From Candidatus Latescibacterota bacterium (GTDB lineage: Bacteria > Latescibacterota > UBA2968 > UBA8231), in the NCBI GenBank assembly GCA_965206595.1, contig OZ242214.1, positions 2,336,001 to 2,400,000 of the forward strand: DNA of 64,000 bases. The letters are read 5' to 3'. Below, one piece after another: positions 1 through 9,571 of the stretch. Each line of letters opens with the position of its first letter. Positions within the stretch are counted from its first letter, which is position 1. Under the pieces are notes generated by a model. That model worked only from the letters and a program-made list of their open reading frames with translations. It had not been told where the DNA came from and ran no database searches. The translations under genes and the position numbers were made by a program.

Positions 1-59
1 ACGGCGTAGATTCGGAAACCATCGAACAGGCAATGGCCGACCTGAAGCAGCCTGCCTGA
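1..59 (+). CDS. 3' end of an upstream gene (partial)
   Basis: Open frame GVDSETIEQAMADLKQPA* ending TGA 57-59; product cannot be identified. Confidence 0.35.
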   Translation, partial: GVDSETIEQAMADLKQPA

Positions 60-155
60 CGGATTGCCAGACCCAGGCCGGATAACCGCAGCCCCAGGCG
101 TCCTACGGGGTTCCTGAAGGTTCCAAGTGGGGGGAGCTGGACTCCGTCATCAGGG

Positions 156-1895
156 TTACCGTTGCCTTCCGCGGCCCTTGCCGGCACCCTTGCCCCGGGC
201 GGCTTTCCGCCGGCCGGCTTCTTTCCCGGCCGCCGCGGATTTCCCCGGGCTTGCCGACTCCGGGGCAGCCAGCTCGAAATTGATGCGGCGCCTCTCGAGA
301 TCCACCTCGGCCAGGCACACCGTCAGGCGGTCGCCGAGGGTATAGGCTGCCCGGGTGCGGCGGCCGACCAGGGCCAGCGCCTCCTCCCATACCTCGAAGT
401 AGTCGCCGCTGCCCTCGCCGAGAGAGCGGACCGGCACCAGGCCTTCGGCGAACAGCCCCTCGGGACGGACGAACAGTCCCGCGGCATGAACGCCGGTCAC
501 CCGCGCCGGCATCACCTCCCCCAGACGCCTGCGGGCGACGAGGCAGGCCGCGGCATGGACGATCTCCCGCTCGGCCTTGATTGCCCGCCGCTCGGACTCC
601 GAAGAGCTCTCCGCCGCGGCTTCGAGCCGGCGCAGGTTGGGCTTCTTCAGCCAGTGATTCCAGAGCGCGCGGTGGACGAGCAGGTCGGGGTAGCGGCGAA
701 TCGGCGAGGTGAAGTGGGCGTAGGCTTCCGAGGCCAGTCCGAAGTGGGGGTCGACCTCGGCCGAGTAGAAGGCCTGGCTCAGGGAGCGCAGCAGCAGCAT
801 CTGCCCGCTCTCGGACTGGCGCGACTGCTTGAGCCTGCCGAGAAGCCCGGCAACCGCTTTCGGGCTGTTCTCCTTGCCGGTCCTCACCGGATGCCCGAAT
901 CGCTTTGCCCAGGCGGCCATCAGCTGCCACTTCTCCCGGGGCGGCGGCGGATGCACGCGGTAGAGGCCCTCGAGTCCGCGGTCGAGCAGGTGCTCGGCGA
1001 CCGATTCGTTGGCGGCGACCATCAGGTCCTCGATGACCTGGTGAGCCGGGAGCGGGTTGCGGGCAACGACATTGACGGGATTGCCCCCCTTGTCGAACAG
1101 GACCTCCGGCTCCGGGATCTCGAGATCGAGGGAGCCTTTCTCGAAGCGCCTGCGGCGCAGCAGCCGCGAGGCCTCGATACAATCCTGGACAACTGCCGCT
1201 ACCTGTCCGGGAAGGGCGTCCGGGGCCCCGTCGATCTGCGCCTGTACCTGGGTGTAGGTGAGGCGGGCGGCGCTGCGAATCAGGGAGGGGTAGATCTCGA
1301 TGCTGCCGCGCCCGCCGTCGCCGTCGACCACCATCTCGCAGGTCACGGTCAGCCGCGATTCCCCGGGAAGCAGCGAGCACAGCCCGTTCGACAGCCTTTC
1401 CGGCAGCATCGGCAGAACGCGCCCAAGAAGGTAGACGCTGGTGCCGCGAAGCAGCGCCTCGCGGTCGAGGGGGCTGCGCGCCTTCACATACCAGGCGACG
1501 TCGGCAATCGACACCCATACCCGGTAGGCGTCTCCCTGCTTCTCGGCCGACACGGCATCGTCGAAGTCCCGGGCGTCCTCCCCGTCGATGGTGACGTGGG
1601 TGCGCGGGCGCAGGTCGCGGCGTCTTCCCCGGGCCAGCGCTTTTTCCGGGTCGACCTCGGGGAATGCGCCGGCCTGTGCCAGCGCTTCCTCCGGGAAGGG
1701 GCCGGGCAGCCCGAGGCCGTCGATGGCTTCGCGGAGATAGGCGGCGTCGGAGGCAGGTTTCGCCGAGGCCTGCCTGCGACCGGTTGACCGCATTTCCCGT
1801 TTGCCCGGGGTCCTGGCGGGTTTGCTGACCTTCTTGCGGCGCGGCACACTGCGCCGCGGGGTTTTGCCACCTTTTCCTTTCCGGGATCCGGCCAT
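156..1895 (-). CDS. rnr: RNase R/RNase II-family exoribonuclease (RNB + S1, basic tails)
   Basis: Catalytic TIDGEDARDFDDA, HFTSPIRRYPDL, C-terminal S1 and K/R-rich tail; ATG 1895 chosen as start. Confidence 0.88.
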   Translation of the reverse strand: MAGSRKGKGGKTPRRSVPRRKKVSKPARTPGKREMRSTGRRQASAKPASDAAYLREAIDGLGLPGPFPEEALAQAGAFPEVDPEKALARGRRRDLRPRTHVTIDGEDARDFDDAVSAEKQGDAYRVWVSIADVAWYVKARSPLDREALLRGTSVYLLGRVLPMLPERLSNGLCSLLPGESRLTVTCEMVVDGDGGRGSIEIYPSLIRSAARLTYTQVQAQIDGAPDALPGQVAAVVQDCIEASRLLRRRRFEKGSLDLEIPEPEVLFDKGGNPVNVVARNPLPAHQVIEDLMVAANESVAEHLLDRGLEGLYRVHPPPPREKWQLMAAWAKRFGHPVRTGKENSPKAVAGLLGRLKQSRQSESGQMLLLRSLSQAFYSAEVDPHFGLASEAYAHFTSPIRRYPDLLVHRALWNHWLKKPNLRRLEAAAESSSESERRAIKAEREIVHAAACLVARRRLGEVMPARVTGVHAAGLFVRPEGLFAEGLVPVRSLGEGSGDYFEVWEEALALVGRRTRAAYTLGDRLTVCLAEVDLERRRINFELAAPESASPGKSAAAGKEAGRRKAARGKGAGKGRGRQR

Positions 1896-2140
1896 GTGCT
1901 CAATCAGGAATGTGCCTGAGGGCGGTCGCTGCCGGCACACTCAGTGGCCACCGGTTTGCAATGACGCACAGAGGCCGGGGGCGAGCGAAGGGGCAGCGAT
2001 CTCAGCTTTGGATGTTGGAAGATGACATGTGATCGAGTTGTCTGCACATGGCGGGAGTCAGGAGATCCAAGCAGTCCAAAACTACGAGCCAAGACCCTTG
2101 CTCGTCCCTGCATCGAATCGTTTCTTCACCCTTCGAGCTC

Positions 2141-2253
2141 GGGAGAGAGCCCCCAAGTCCGCGAAAGGGCCAAGCCCATCTCCCTTTGTCCAGGTTTGTT
2201 CGACCCCCTTTTGCCTGCTCGACGCGGACGCCAGGCGCATGAAAGGGGTATCG
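2141..2253 (+). promoter_or_regulatory. Putative structured 5' leader RNA (two hairpins with complementary loops, SD sequestered)
   Basis: GGGAGA 2141-46/TCTCCC 2179-84; CCCCTTT 2205-11/AAAGGGG 2242-48; GCCTG 2213-17/CAGGC 2232-36; loop sequences GTCCGCG 2157-63 and CGCGGAC 2223-29 are exact complements. Confidence 0.55.
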
Positions 2254-2254
2254 T

Positions 2255-3010
2255 ATGTCCTCTCAATCTTTCCTCCCCCCGCGTCCCAATCTCGAACAGC
2301 TCAAGAACCAGGCCAAGAGCCTCCGAAAAGCGCACAAAGCCGGAGACGCAGGGACCATTCCGCGGCTGCGGCGCGGTATCTCCCACCTTGCCGAGGCCTC
2401 CGACTCGGAGATCCTGGACGCCAGATTCTCCCTGCTCGACGCCCAGCTCGTGATCGCACGGGAGCAGGGATACAGAAACTGGCAGGAGCTTGAAGCGGCA
2501 ATTCAAGAGGCGACGAGACCCCGTGCAGGGGAAGCGTCCATAACCCTGGCCATCGGAGATATCCGCAAGTACAGCAATCCACTTGACGATGGTCGAGAGT
2601 TCGAGGGGTACCTCGTCCTGCTGGAAGAGGAAGACGGCGAGCGGCTGCTGCCGATCATCATCGATGAAGAGGCAACCGTGTCTCTTGTCAAAGGTCTCAG
2701 GGGGATCCGCTTCCCTCGTCCCCTTTCCCACGACCTCACAACCGCCCTGATGCAGAGTATGCAGGCAAAGCCGGTCGAGCTGCGTATATCGGATTATCGA
2801 GAGTGGGTGTTCTACGCCACGCTGCTCGTCGAAAACGACGATGGTTCCCAGGAAATCGACTGCCGTCCGAGCGACGGCATGTGCATCGCGGTTCGCGGAG
2901 GGGCACCCGTCGTCATCAGCGAGCAGCTGATGGACAGGATAGGAAAAAAGAAACAAGAGCCCCTGGACGGAAGCGGGATAGACGCCCTCGCAGCCAAACT
3001 GGGCGGCTGA
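2255..3010 (+). CDS. Fusion of an N-terminal 'LPxRPNLEQLKxQAK...AQLVIARExG' helical domain and a bifunctional nuclease (DUF151/BFN) domain
   Basis: BFN motifs LLPIII, RPLSHDL, VFYATL, IDCRPSD; N-terminal ~85 aa resemble the module often found ahead of bacterial ankyrin proteins. Confidence 0.8.
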   Translation: MSSQSFLPPRPNLEQLKNQAKSLRKAHKAGDAGTIPRLRRGISHLAEASDSEILDARFSLLDAQLVIAREQGYRNWQELEAAIQEATRPRAGEASITLAIGDIRKYSNPLDDGREFEGYLVLLEEEDGERLLPIIIDEEATVSLVKGLRGIRFPRPLSHDLTTALMQSMQAKPVELRISDYREWVFYATLLVENDDGSQEIDCRPSDGMCIAVRGGAPVVISEQLMDRIGKKKQEPLDGSGIDALAAKLGG

Positions 3011-3065
3011 ACCAGGCCCCTGCCCGCCGAACAGGGGCGGCTCTCCGACGGGTGAACCCGCGCCC

Positions 3066-3095
3066 TTGACATTGTTCGTGAGCAAAAGGTACTCT
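3066..3095 (+). promoter_or_regulatory. sigma70-type promoter for the ABC-F leader
   Basis: TTGACA 3066-71, 18-nt spacer, TACTCT 3090-95. Confidence 0.55.
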
Positions 3096-3105
3096 CGGCG
3101 GCAGA

Positions 3106-3240
3106 ATGAAAGACGCGATCAGGCACTACTTGAACGAGGCAGACCGAATTGCCTTCGAGACAAGCCGGTCCGCAGCGTATTACCGGCCCCGAGGGGGATA
3201 TCCATGCCCGGTTCGGAATAGGGATCGTCTGCCGCCGTAA
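3106..3240 (+). CDS. Putative 44-aa leader peptide (MKDAIRHYLNEADRIAFETSRSAAYYRPRGGYPCPVRNRDRLPP*)
   Basis: ATG 10 nt after the -10 box; ends CCG CCG TAA 32 nt before a terminator; not in the ORF track. Confidence 0.45.
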   Translation: MKDAIRHYLNEADRIAFETSRSAAYYRPRGGYPCPVRNRDRLPP

Positions 3241-3272
3241 AATTTTCAGCAACTGACGTACTAATCGAATTC

Positions 3273-3310
3273 AGGCCGTGGGGGAACTCCTCCGCGGCCT
3301 TTTTCATTTT
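3273..3310 (+). terminator. Intrinsic terminator/attenuator upstream of the ABC-F start
   Basis: Stem AGGCCGTGGGGG/CCTCCGCGGCCT followed by TTTTCATTTT; 18 nt before ATG 3329. Confidence 0.7.
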
Positions 3311-3328
3311 GGATCGGATGACGAAAAC

Positions 3329-4987
3329 ATGACAGTCCTAGATGTAAACAATGTCTGCAAGCGCTTCGATATCGAGCTGTTGCTGGATGGGGTGAGCTTC
3401 AAGCTGAACCGGGGTGAGAAGGTCGGTCTGATCGGGGGGAACGGGTGCGGGAAGACGACGCTGCTGAAGATGATCGCCGGCATCGAAGATCCTTCTTCCG
3501 GAGTCATCACCAGACCGGGGGGAAGCCGTGTCGGGTACCTGGCGCAGGAGCCGGCGTACGACGGGCGAACGGTGCGCGAGGAGCTGCTCGAGGCCTTCTC
3601 CGAGATTTCCGGGACATCGCGGCAGCTGAAGTTGCTGGAACGGCGCCTGGAATCCGCACCGGCCGACGAGGATGCCGTGCTGGCGGAATACAGCCGCGTC
3701 TCTACCCGGTTGGAGCAGCTCGGGGGCTACAACTTCGAGCACAAGGTCGTACCTCCTCGATCGCGTCGTCGGTCGCGTCCTCGAAATCGAGAACGGGAGG
3801 GTTGCCGAATACAAGGGGAACTACTCGGCCTACCGCGTGGAAAAGCTCAGGGAATCGCTCAAACAGAAGGCGGCCTTCGACGACCAGCAGAAGGAAATCC
3901 GCCGGCTCGAGGCGATGATAAAGAGATTCGCCCTGTGGGCGAAGATGACGGAAGACATCCGGCACGCCAGGCAGGCGCGGAGCCGGCAGAAAATGCTCGG
4001 TCGCATGGAAAGGATCGGACGGCCGAACATCGAGGGGGAAAGGATTCAACCCCACCTCGGGGCAGCGGAGCGGGCGGGGAACATCGCCCTGGAGCTGCGG
4101 GGGTATTCGAGGGCGTTTGGTGAAAAGGTGCTGTTCGATGCGGTCGACCTGCACCTGTCGTCGGGCGAACGGGTCGGGCTGCTCGGTCCCAACGGTTCGG
4201 GGAAATCGACGATTTTCCGCGACATCGTCGAATGCGGGTCCTGGGAAAATCCCGTCATCCGGATCGGACCGCGGATCGAGGTAGGGTACTACTCTCAGGA
4301 GCACGAAACCCTGAACCCCTCCAATTCGCTGGTCGAGGAGATCAGGGAGGCGGCGCCGATGACGGAGGACCAGGCCTTTCACGTCCTGCTGAAATTCCTG
4401 TTCCGCCGCGAGGATATTCATCGCCCTGTCTCGACCCTCAGCGGCGGCGAAAAGAGCCGCATCCAGCTGGCCAGGCTGAAAGTGTCGGACGTCAACCTCC
4501 TGCTGCTCGACGAGCCGACCAATCACCTCGACATCTACTCGCGCGAGCAGGTGGAGGAGGCCCTCGAGGAGTTCGACGGCACCATCCTGGCGATTTCGCA
4601 CGACCGCTATTTCCTCGACCGCATCGTCGACCGCATCGTGGAAGTGCGGAATCCGACGCTGGTGGAATACGCGGGAAGCTTCTCGGACTTCTGGGCGAAA
4701 AGGAGAAGGAGTCCGGAGGCGCCGCGGCAAAAGGTCCGCAGAGGAAAGGTTTCCGGGGCGGGAAAGAAGGTGGCGCCCCGGACGGAAACCCGGCCATCGA
4801 GTGCCCCGCCACTGAAATCGAGCAGAAGATCGACAGCCTCGAGACGCACAGACTCGAGCTGGAAGAGGAGATCGTCCAGGCGTACCAGAACCGCAACTAC
4901 GACAGGGGAGAAAAACTGAGCCGGGACTTGCAGCGCCTGGAAAAGGAGACCGAGCGGCTCTACTCCGAGTGGGAAGCGGCTTCCTGA
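3329..4987 (+). pseudogene. ABC-F family ribosome-associated ATPase with C-terminal coiled-coil domain; internal deletion and frameshifts
   Basis: Walker A GGNGCGKT; at ~3749 jumps from ...NFEHKV to YLLDRVV in another frame, so the NBD1 signature and Walker B are missing; NBD2 intact (GPNGSGKS, LSGGE, LLLLDEPTNHLD); C-terminal domain (...ERLYSEWEAAS*) in another frame after ~4780. Confidence 0.8.
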
Positions 4988-5287
4988 GTCGACCTGTCGG
5001 GCTGGCTCCGCCCGGCCAGTCCGCCCCCCCGTCGTCACCGGGGATCTCTCCGGTTCCTTCGCCGCAGCGCGCGAACCAGCTGGCCAATCCCCGGGGCCGG
5101 CTGGCTCCTCGCCAGCTCGTCGAGCGACGCTTCGGGCGGACAGGAACGACAGCGGCGCCAGAGGCACGGCGCAGTTGGACGAGATGGAGCAGCAGCGCCG
5201 CTAGCTGTCGAGAGTTCCATGACCCTGGTGATCCAAGGCCGCTGAGGATTCGCTGGATCTGCGAGGGACCGATAGGGCTTTCCCGCG

Positions 5288-6482
5288 CTAATCGTAGGAC
5301 TGGGTCTTGCCCCCGGTCAGCTCGCGGTCGTGGCTGGGGCGGAGCAGCTCCGCCAGTACCGGGGGAAGCTCCCGGCGCCGGGCCTTGGCCGGGCCCATAC
5401 CGGGGGCACCTCCCAGGGGGGCTGGGCGCGCCCGTCCGCCCACGGCTTGCGGTAGCAGAAGAGGGAGCAGAGGCGGGACTCTCTGCCGACGGCCTTGGGC
5501 GCAACCCCGTGGGCGGCGTGCGAAAGGCAGCAGACCACCGAGCCGGCAGGCAGCGCGAGATGCTCCATCTCGAGGGGCCTTCCAGTGACCGGATGGGTGC
5601 GGCCCTCGAGCCAGCCGCGCGCCATCTCTTCATCCGTCGCGGCGTTGCATCCGGCCGGGTCGCGGAACAGGTGGCTGCCGCGGATGATCTTGAGGCCGCC
5701 GTCGCTGTCCGCCTCGAAGCCGTTGAGATAGCAGAGGGTGAGCAGGAAGTTCGGCTGGCGGTCGTACTCCTCCGGCAGGACCGTGCCGCGGTCGCAATCG
5801 GCGCCGATCCGGTGACTGTGCCAGTGGCCGCCCGGGTACCCTCCCGGCCGCGAGAGCAGCTGGTTGTGGTCGAAAGTAGACGGTGCCGGCGCCGAGGCAG
5901 AGGCGCTGCAGGGCGAGCATCTCCGGGTGCGTGAGGACGTCGGCGAGGAAGGGCAGATGGCCGGAGGGGAAGTACTCGGCGAAGACCGAGTGCAGCCTCA
6001 GGGTGCGGACCCCGGCGGCGTCCGTCTTCTGCGGCACCTTCTGGCTGCCCCCGAGGGCCTTCTCCAGGTCCGCGGCGGCGACGGTCTCCTCCGGGGGCCG
6101 GCGGGCCGAGTCCGCGCCAGTCGATCGCGGACCAGTCGGCCCGGAGCAGGCTGTCGTTGAGGTGCTGGCCCCGTTCCAGCGCCGCCAGCCACCGCTTGCG
6201 GGCATGCGGTCTGATCACTCCCTCGAAGACAGCGTAGCCGTCCCTGAGGAAGCGGTCACGGTCGAATTGCTCCTCGACCGCGGCGAGGTCGAGCAGATCG
6301 TCCCGGGCCGCCTCCATGTCGTTCCAGTCGCCAGCCGACCATTCGACCGGTGAGTGGCCGTTGTCGAGGAAGTCAGGACGGGTCGCCCGGGCGAGGCTGG
6401 ACGGCTCGTCGAGGACGCGAGCCGCGTCCGGGTCGGTCACCCCGGAAAGGAGGGGGTTTTTCGGCATGGTATCGGTGGACAT
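5288..6482 (-). pseudogene. PhyH-family Fe(II)/2OG dioxygenase with three frameshifts (possibly sequencing errors)
   Basis: FLRDGYAVFEGV, WHSH, LCYLNGF..DGGLKIIRGSH, SHAAHG spread over successive frames with shifts near 6100, 5872 and 5390; stop TAG 5288. Confidence 0.7.
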
Positions 6483-6515
6483 GATGGCTTCCTGCTCCGC
6501 GCGCCCTTCGGCTCC

Positions 6516-7364
6516 TCAGCCGAGCCCGCGGAAGAAGAAGCTTTCCGCCGTCCCCCAGAGGATCGCCTCCTTCTCGGCCTGGCTGAGAAAGCTCGCGTGG
6601 TCGCGGATCAGGGCCACCGCCGCGGGGTAATCGGTCACCGGATCCTGCATGGTGATCGGGCCCCCGCTGTCGCTTTCCCACATGCAGCGCTCGGCGCCGT
6701 AGGCCTCGACGACGCGCTGTATCAGGGGGAGCACGTCGAAGTAGGGGGCGCGCCGCGAGCACAGCGCCTGCAGCGGTCCGATCTTGACCATCACCTTGCC
6801 GTGCCTGGCGAAGCGGAGCAGGGCCTCGAGATCCTCCTCGCTGTAGTCCGCCTCCCTGATGCCGACGTGGCAGACGTGGTCGAGGATCACCGGGGTCTCC
6901 GGGTAGCGGGTGCAGAGGCGGTCCAGGGCGGGCAGCCGGTCGACGCCCATGTTGAAGCTGAGGGCGAGCCCGTGGTCGGCGCCGGTGGAGAACAGCTTCT
7001 CGTATGCCGGGTGGTCGAGCTCGGAGGGGGGCTCGCGAAAGGCATGGCATCCCTTCTTCGAGAGCTCGAGCATGGTTCTGTCCGGTGCGGGGTCTTCGAG
7101 GTCGACAATCCCGGTGCCGGCGAAGGTCTCCGGGTCGGCTGCGATCAGGTCGAGGATGTAGCTGTGGTCGGTTTTGTACCAGATCATCTGGACGAGGTTG
7201 ATGCGCACGTCGCCGACGGCGCGGCTGTATCTGAAGTACTCTTCCGGTGTGAAGGTGGGGAGCCAGAGGTCCTCCTCCTTCACCCCGGGGGCCAGCGGGT
7301 AGCGGGCGAAGTCGTCGGTCCAGACGTGGATGTGGGCATCGACAATTCTGTGCGGTGGTGTCAT
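6516..7364 (-). CDS. Amidohydrolase_2 family protein (sugar-lactonase-like)
   Basis: VDAHIHVW, ILDHVC, RCMWESD. Confidence 0.85.
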   Translation of the reverse strand: MTPPHRIVDAHIHVWTDDFARYPLAPGVKEEDLWLPTFTPEEYFRYSRAVGDVRINLVQMIWYKTDHSYILDLIAADPETFAGTGIVDLEDPAPDRTMLELSKKGCHAFREPPSELDHPAYEKLFSTGADHGLALSFNMGVDRLPALDRLCTRYPETPVILDHVCHVGIREADYSEEDLEALLRFARHGKVMVKIGPLQALCSRRAPYFDVLPLIQRVVEAYGAERCMWESDSGGPITMQDPVTDYPAAVALIRDHASFLSQAEKEAILWGTAESFFFRGLG

Positions 7365-7428
7365 CGGATTTCTCCCGGCAGGTGCATGGCTGACCCGGAA
7401 ATATCGTCCGGCGATCGGGGCGCCGGCA

Positions 7429-8430
7429 CTATTCGATTTTCAGGAACTCCCCGCCCCGGCGCGCCGACTCCTCCGCCAGGATGGTCGCCCTGGAGACCGC
7501 CAGGACGTCCTCCGTGGAGATGAAGTTCTCCTCCCCCCTCGCGAACGCGGAGACCATGCTTTCGACGAAGTTGCCGTGGGATGTGAGCGAGAAGTCCGGT
7601 TCGTAGGCACCCTTGCCGTCGGCGACGACGAGCAGTCCGTCGCCCGCGTAGGCGCGCAGGTGGGCGGAGCCGCGGGTGCCCATGATGATGAAGCGGGTGT
7701 CGCCGAAGGAAGGGGAGTCCTCGGGGGTGAGCCAGTCGGCGGTAATCACGGCGCCGGCTCCCGAGCTGAGCTGGTAGGAGGCCTGGACGTGGTCCATCTC
7801 GAAGCGGCGGGGGGGCCGGTGTTTTCCGCTCCTCGTCCCGTAAGCGTGCACGCCGACGCACTCGGCTCCGGTCAGCCATCGCACCTGGTCGACGCCGTGG
7901 CAGGCGACGTCGCTGAAGGTGCCGACGTAGCGCCGCGGATCGAAGTAGAAGTCGGGCGCGGAGGCGTACAGCCGGTGCGGGTGCGTCGAGATGAGGCTGA
8001 CGATCTCGCCGAGCTCCCCGGCCAGCACCGCCTCGCGGAGGGCGATGAAAGGCGGGTGGCTCCGCGACGTGTAGTTCATGGTGAGGCGGATGCCGCCGGC
8101 CTCGACGGCGCGGCGGATGCGGCTCCACTCCTCCAGGGTGCGGCAGAGCGGCTTGTCGAGATACAGGTGGACCCCGGCCGCGGCGCAGGATTGGATCGCC
8201 GGCACCTTCTCGTGATGGGCGAGCCCCTCCAGGACGATGTCCGGAGCGGCTTCGGAGAGCATCTCTTCCAGCGAGCCGTAGCGAGGGATCGGCGACTCCC
8301 GGGTGTACTGCTCGTAGAGGGTGTCTTCCGCCTCGACCAGGCCGACGATCTCGGCATTGGCGGCGTCGCGCGCCGAGCGCACCATGCCGCCGATGTGACC
8401 GTAGTGCACGCCGGCGATTCCCAACCTCAT
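7429..8430 (-). CDS. Gfo/Idh/MocA oxidoreductase
   Basis: N-terminal Rossmann MRLGIAG, YLDKP, DVACHGVD. Confidence 0.85.
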   Translation of the reverse strand: MRLGIAGVHYGHIGGMVRSARDAANAEIVGLVEAEDTLYEQYTRESPIPRYGSLEEMLSEAAPDIVLEGLAHHEKVPAIQSCAAAGVHLYLDKPLCRTLEEWSRIRRAVEAGGIRLTMNYTSRSHPPFIALREAVLAGELGEIVSLISTHPHRLYASAPDFYFDPRRYVGTFSDVACHGVDQVRWLTGAECVGVHAYGTRSGKHRPPRRFEMDHVQASYQLSSGAGAVITADWLTPEDSPSFGDTRFIIMGTRGSAHLRAYAGDGLLVVADGKGAYEPDFSLTSHGNFVESMVSAFARGEENFISTEDVLAVSRATILAEESARRGGEFLKIE

Positions 8431-8599
8431 GCTCGCATCTCCCAGTGTGAACGGGGCCCGGCCGGATGCTGCCGGTTTTCCGATTCGCTGTTGAACCAGG
8501 GCCGCCTGCGCTCCTGAGGGGCGAGCCCCCGGGAGTTGATGACCTGTCCGGGGACCCCAATCTTTACGGGCGGACCAACACCTGCCAAGGAAAGAAACA

Positions 8600-9484
8600 A
8601 TGGACGATCTGACCAAACGACTGCTTGGACGCACCGGCTTCGAGGTCTCGCAGCTCGGCTTCGGGGCCGGGGAGCGCGGCCTGCCGGACTCGGCCGACTA
8701 CGATGACCAGGCCGGCGCCGTACTGAACGCCGCCCTCGACGCCGGGATCAACCTCGTCGACACCGCTCCGGACTACGGCGCCAGCGAGGACCGCATCGGC
8801 AGGTACGTCGGCCACCGCCGCGACGAGTTCTTCCTCGCCACCAAGTGCGGCTGCAACATCGACCTCGGAGGAAACCGGATGGAGCCGGGACACCTGTGGA
8901 CCGCCGACCGCCTGCATGCCAACATCGACCAGAGCCTGCGCCGCCTGAGGACGGACCGCGTCGATCTGCTGCAGATGCACAACCCCACCGTGGAAGAGGT
9001 CGAAAAAGGCGGGCTGGCCGAAGCCCTCGAGGAGATCCGCCGGGGGGGAAAGACCCGCTTCATCGGGGTCTCTTCCACGGCGCCGCATTTGGCGGCGTTC
9101 GCAGCGACGGGGGTCTTCGACACCTTCCAGATCCCGTATTCCGCTCTGGAACGCCGGCACGAGCAGATGATTGAGGACGCCGCCGATGCCGGGGCCGGCA
9201 TTCTCATCCGCGGCGGCATCGGCCTCGGGCACCGGGCCCATGAGGATCGCCAGACAATATGGGAGAGCGCCGGCCTCGAGGAGCTCGCCGGCGGGATGGG
9301 CCGCCACGCATTCGTCCTGCGCTTCACCCTGACGCACCCGGCGTGTCACTCGACGATCGTCGGCACGACCAGCCTCGACCACATGAAGGCCAACGTCGCC
9401 GCGGCCCTGGCAGGCCCCCTGCCCGCGGCCCTCTACTCCGAGGCAAAGGCTCGCCTGTCGAGCATCGGAGAGATCCCGGAGTAA
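8600..9484 (+). CDS. Aldo/keto reductase
   Basis: LGRTGFEVSQLGFG, DTAPDYG, LATKCG, SLRRLRTDRVDLLQMH. Confidence 0.92.
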   Translation: MDDLTKRLLGRTGFEVSQLGFGAGERGLPDSADYDDQAGAVLNAALDAGINLVDTAPDYGASEDRIGRYVGHRRDEFFLATKCGCNIDLGGNRMEPGHLWTADRLHANIDQSLRRLRTDRVDLLQMHNPTVEEVEKGGLAEALEEIRRGGKTRFIGVSSTAPHLAAFAATGVFDTFQIPYSALERRHEQMIEDAADAGAGILIRGGIGLGHRAHEDRQTIWESAGLEELAGGMGRHAFVLRFTLTHPACHSTIVGTTSLDHMKANVAAALAGPLPAALYSEAKARLSSIGEIPE

Positions 9485-9571
9485 TCGGGGGCCCGGAGGA
9501 CGACAGCGGTCCGGGACGAAGGGCTGCGATGGATCAGCGGGTCTTTGGGAAGGTGGTGTGCTGAGGGCCGG

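Noticed and set aside
1960-2113. Possible HicA remnant on the minus strand (QTTRSHVIFQHPKL)
   Set aside because: Only a short motif resemblance, Gly of GSH missing, no partner gene
3702-6482. Long ORF-track calls such as the 926-aa, 1070-aa (17869-21081) and 762-aa (54388-56676) ORFs
   Set aside because: Shadow or antisense frames of real genes in high-GC DNA; only the first ~125 aa of the 926-aa ORF belongs to the PhyH gene
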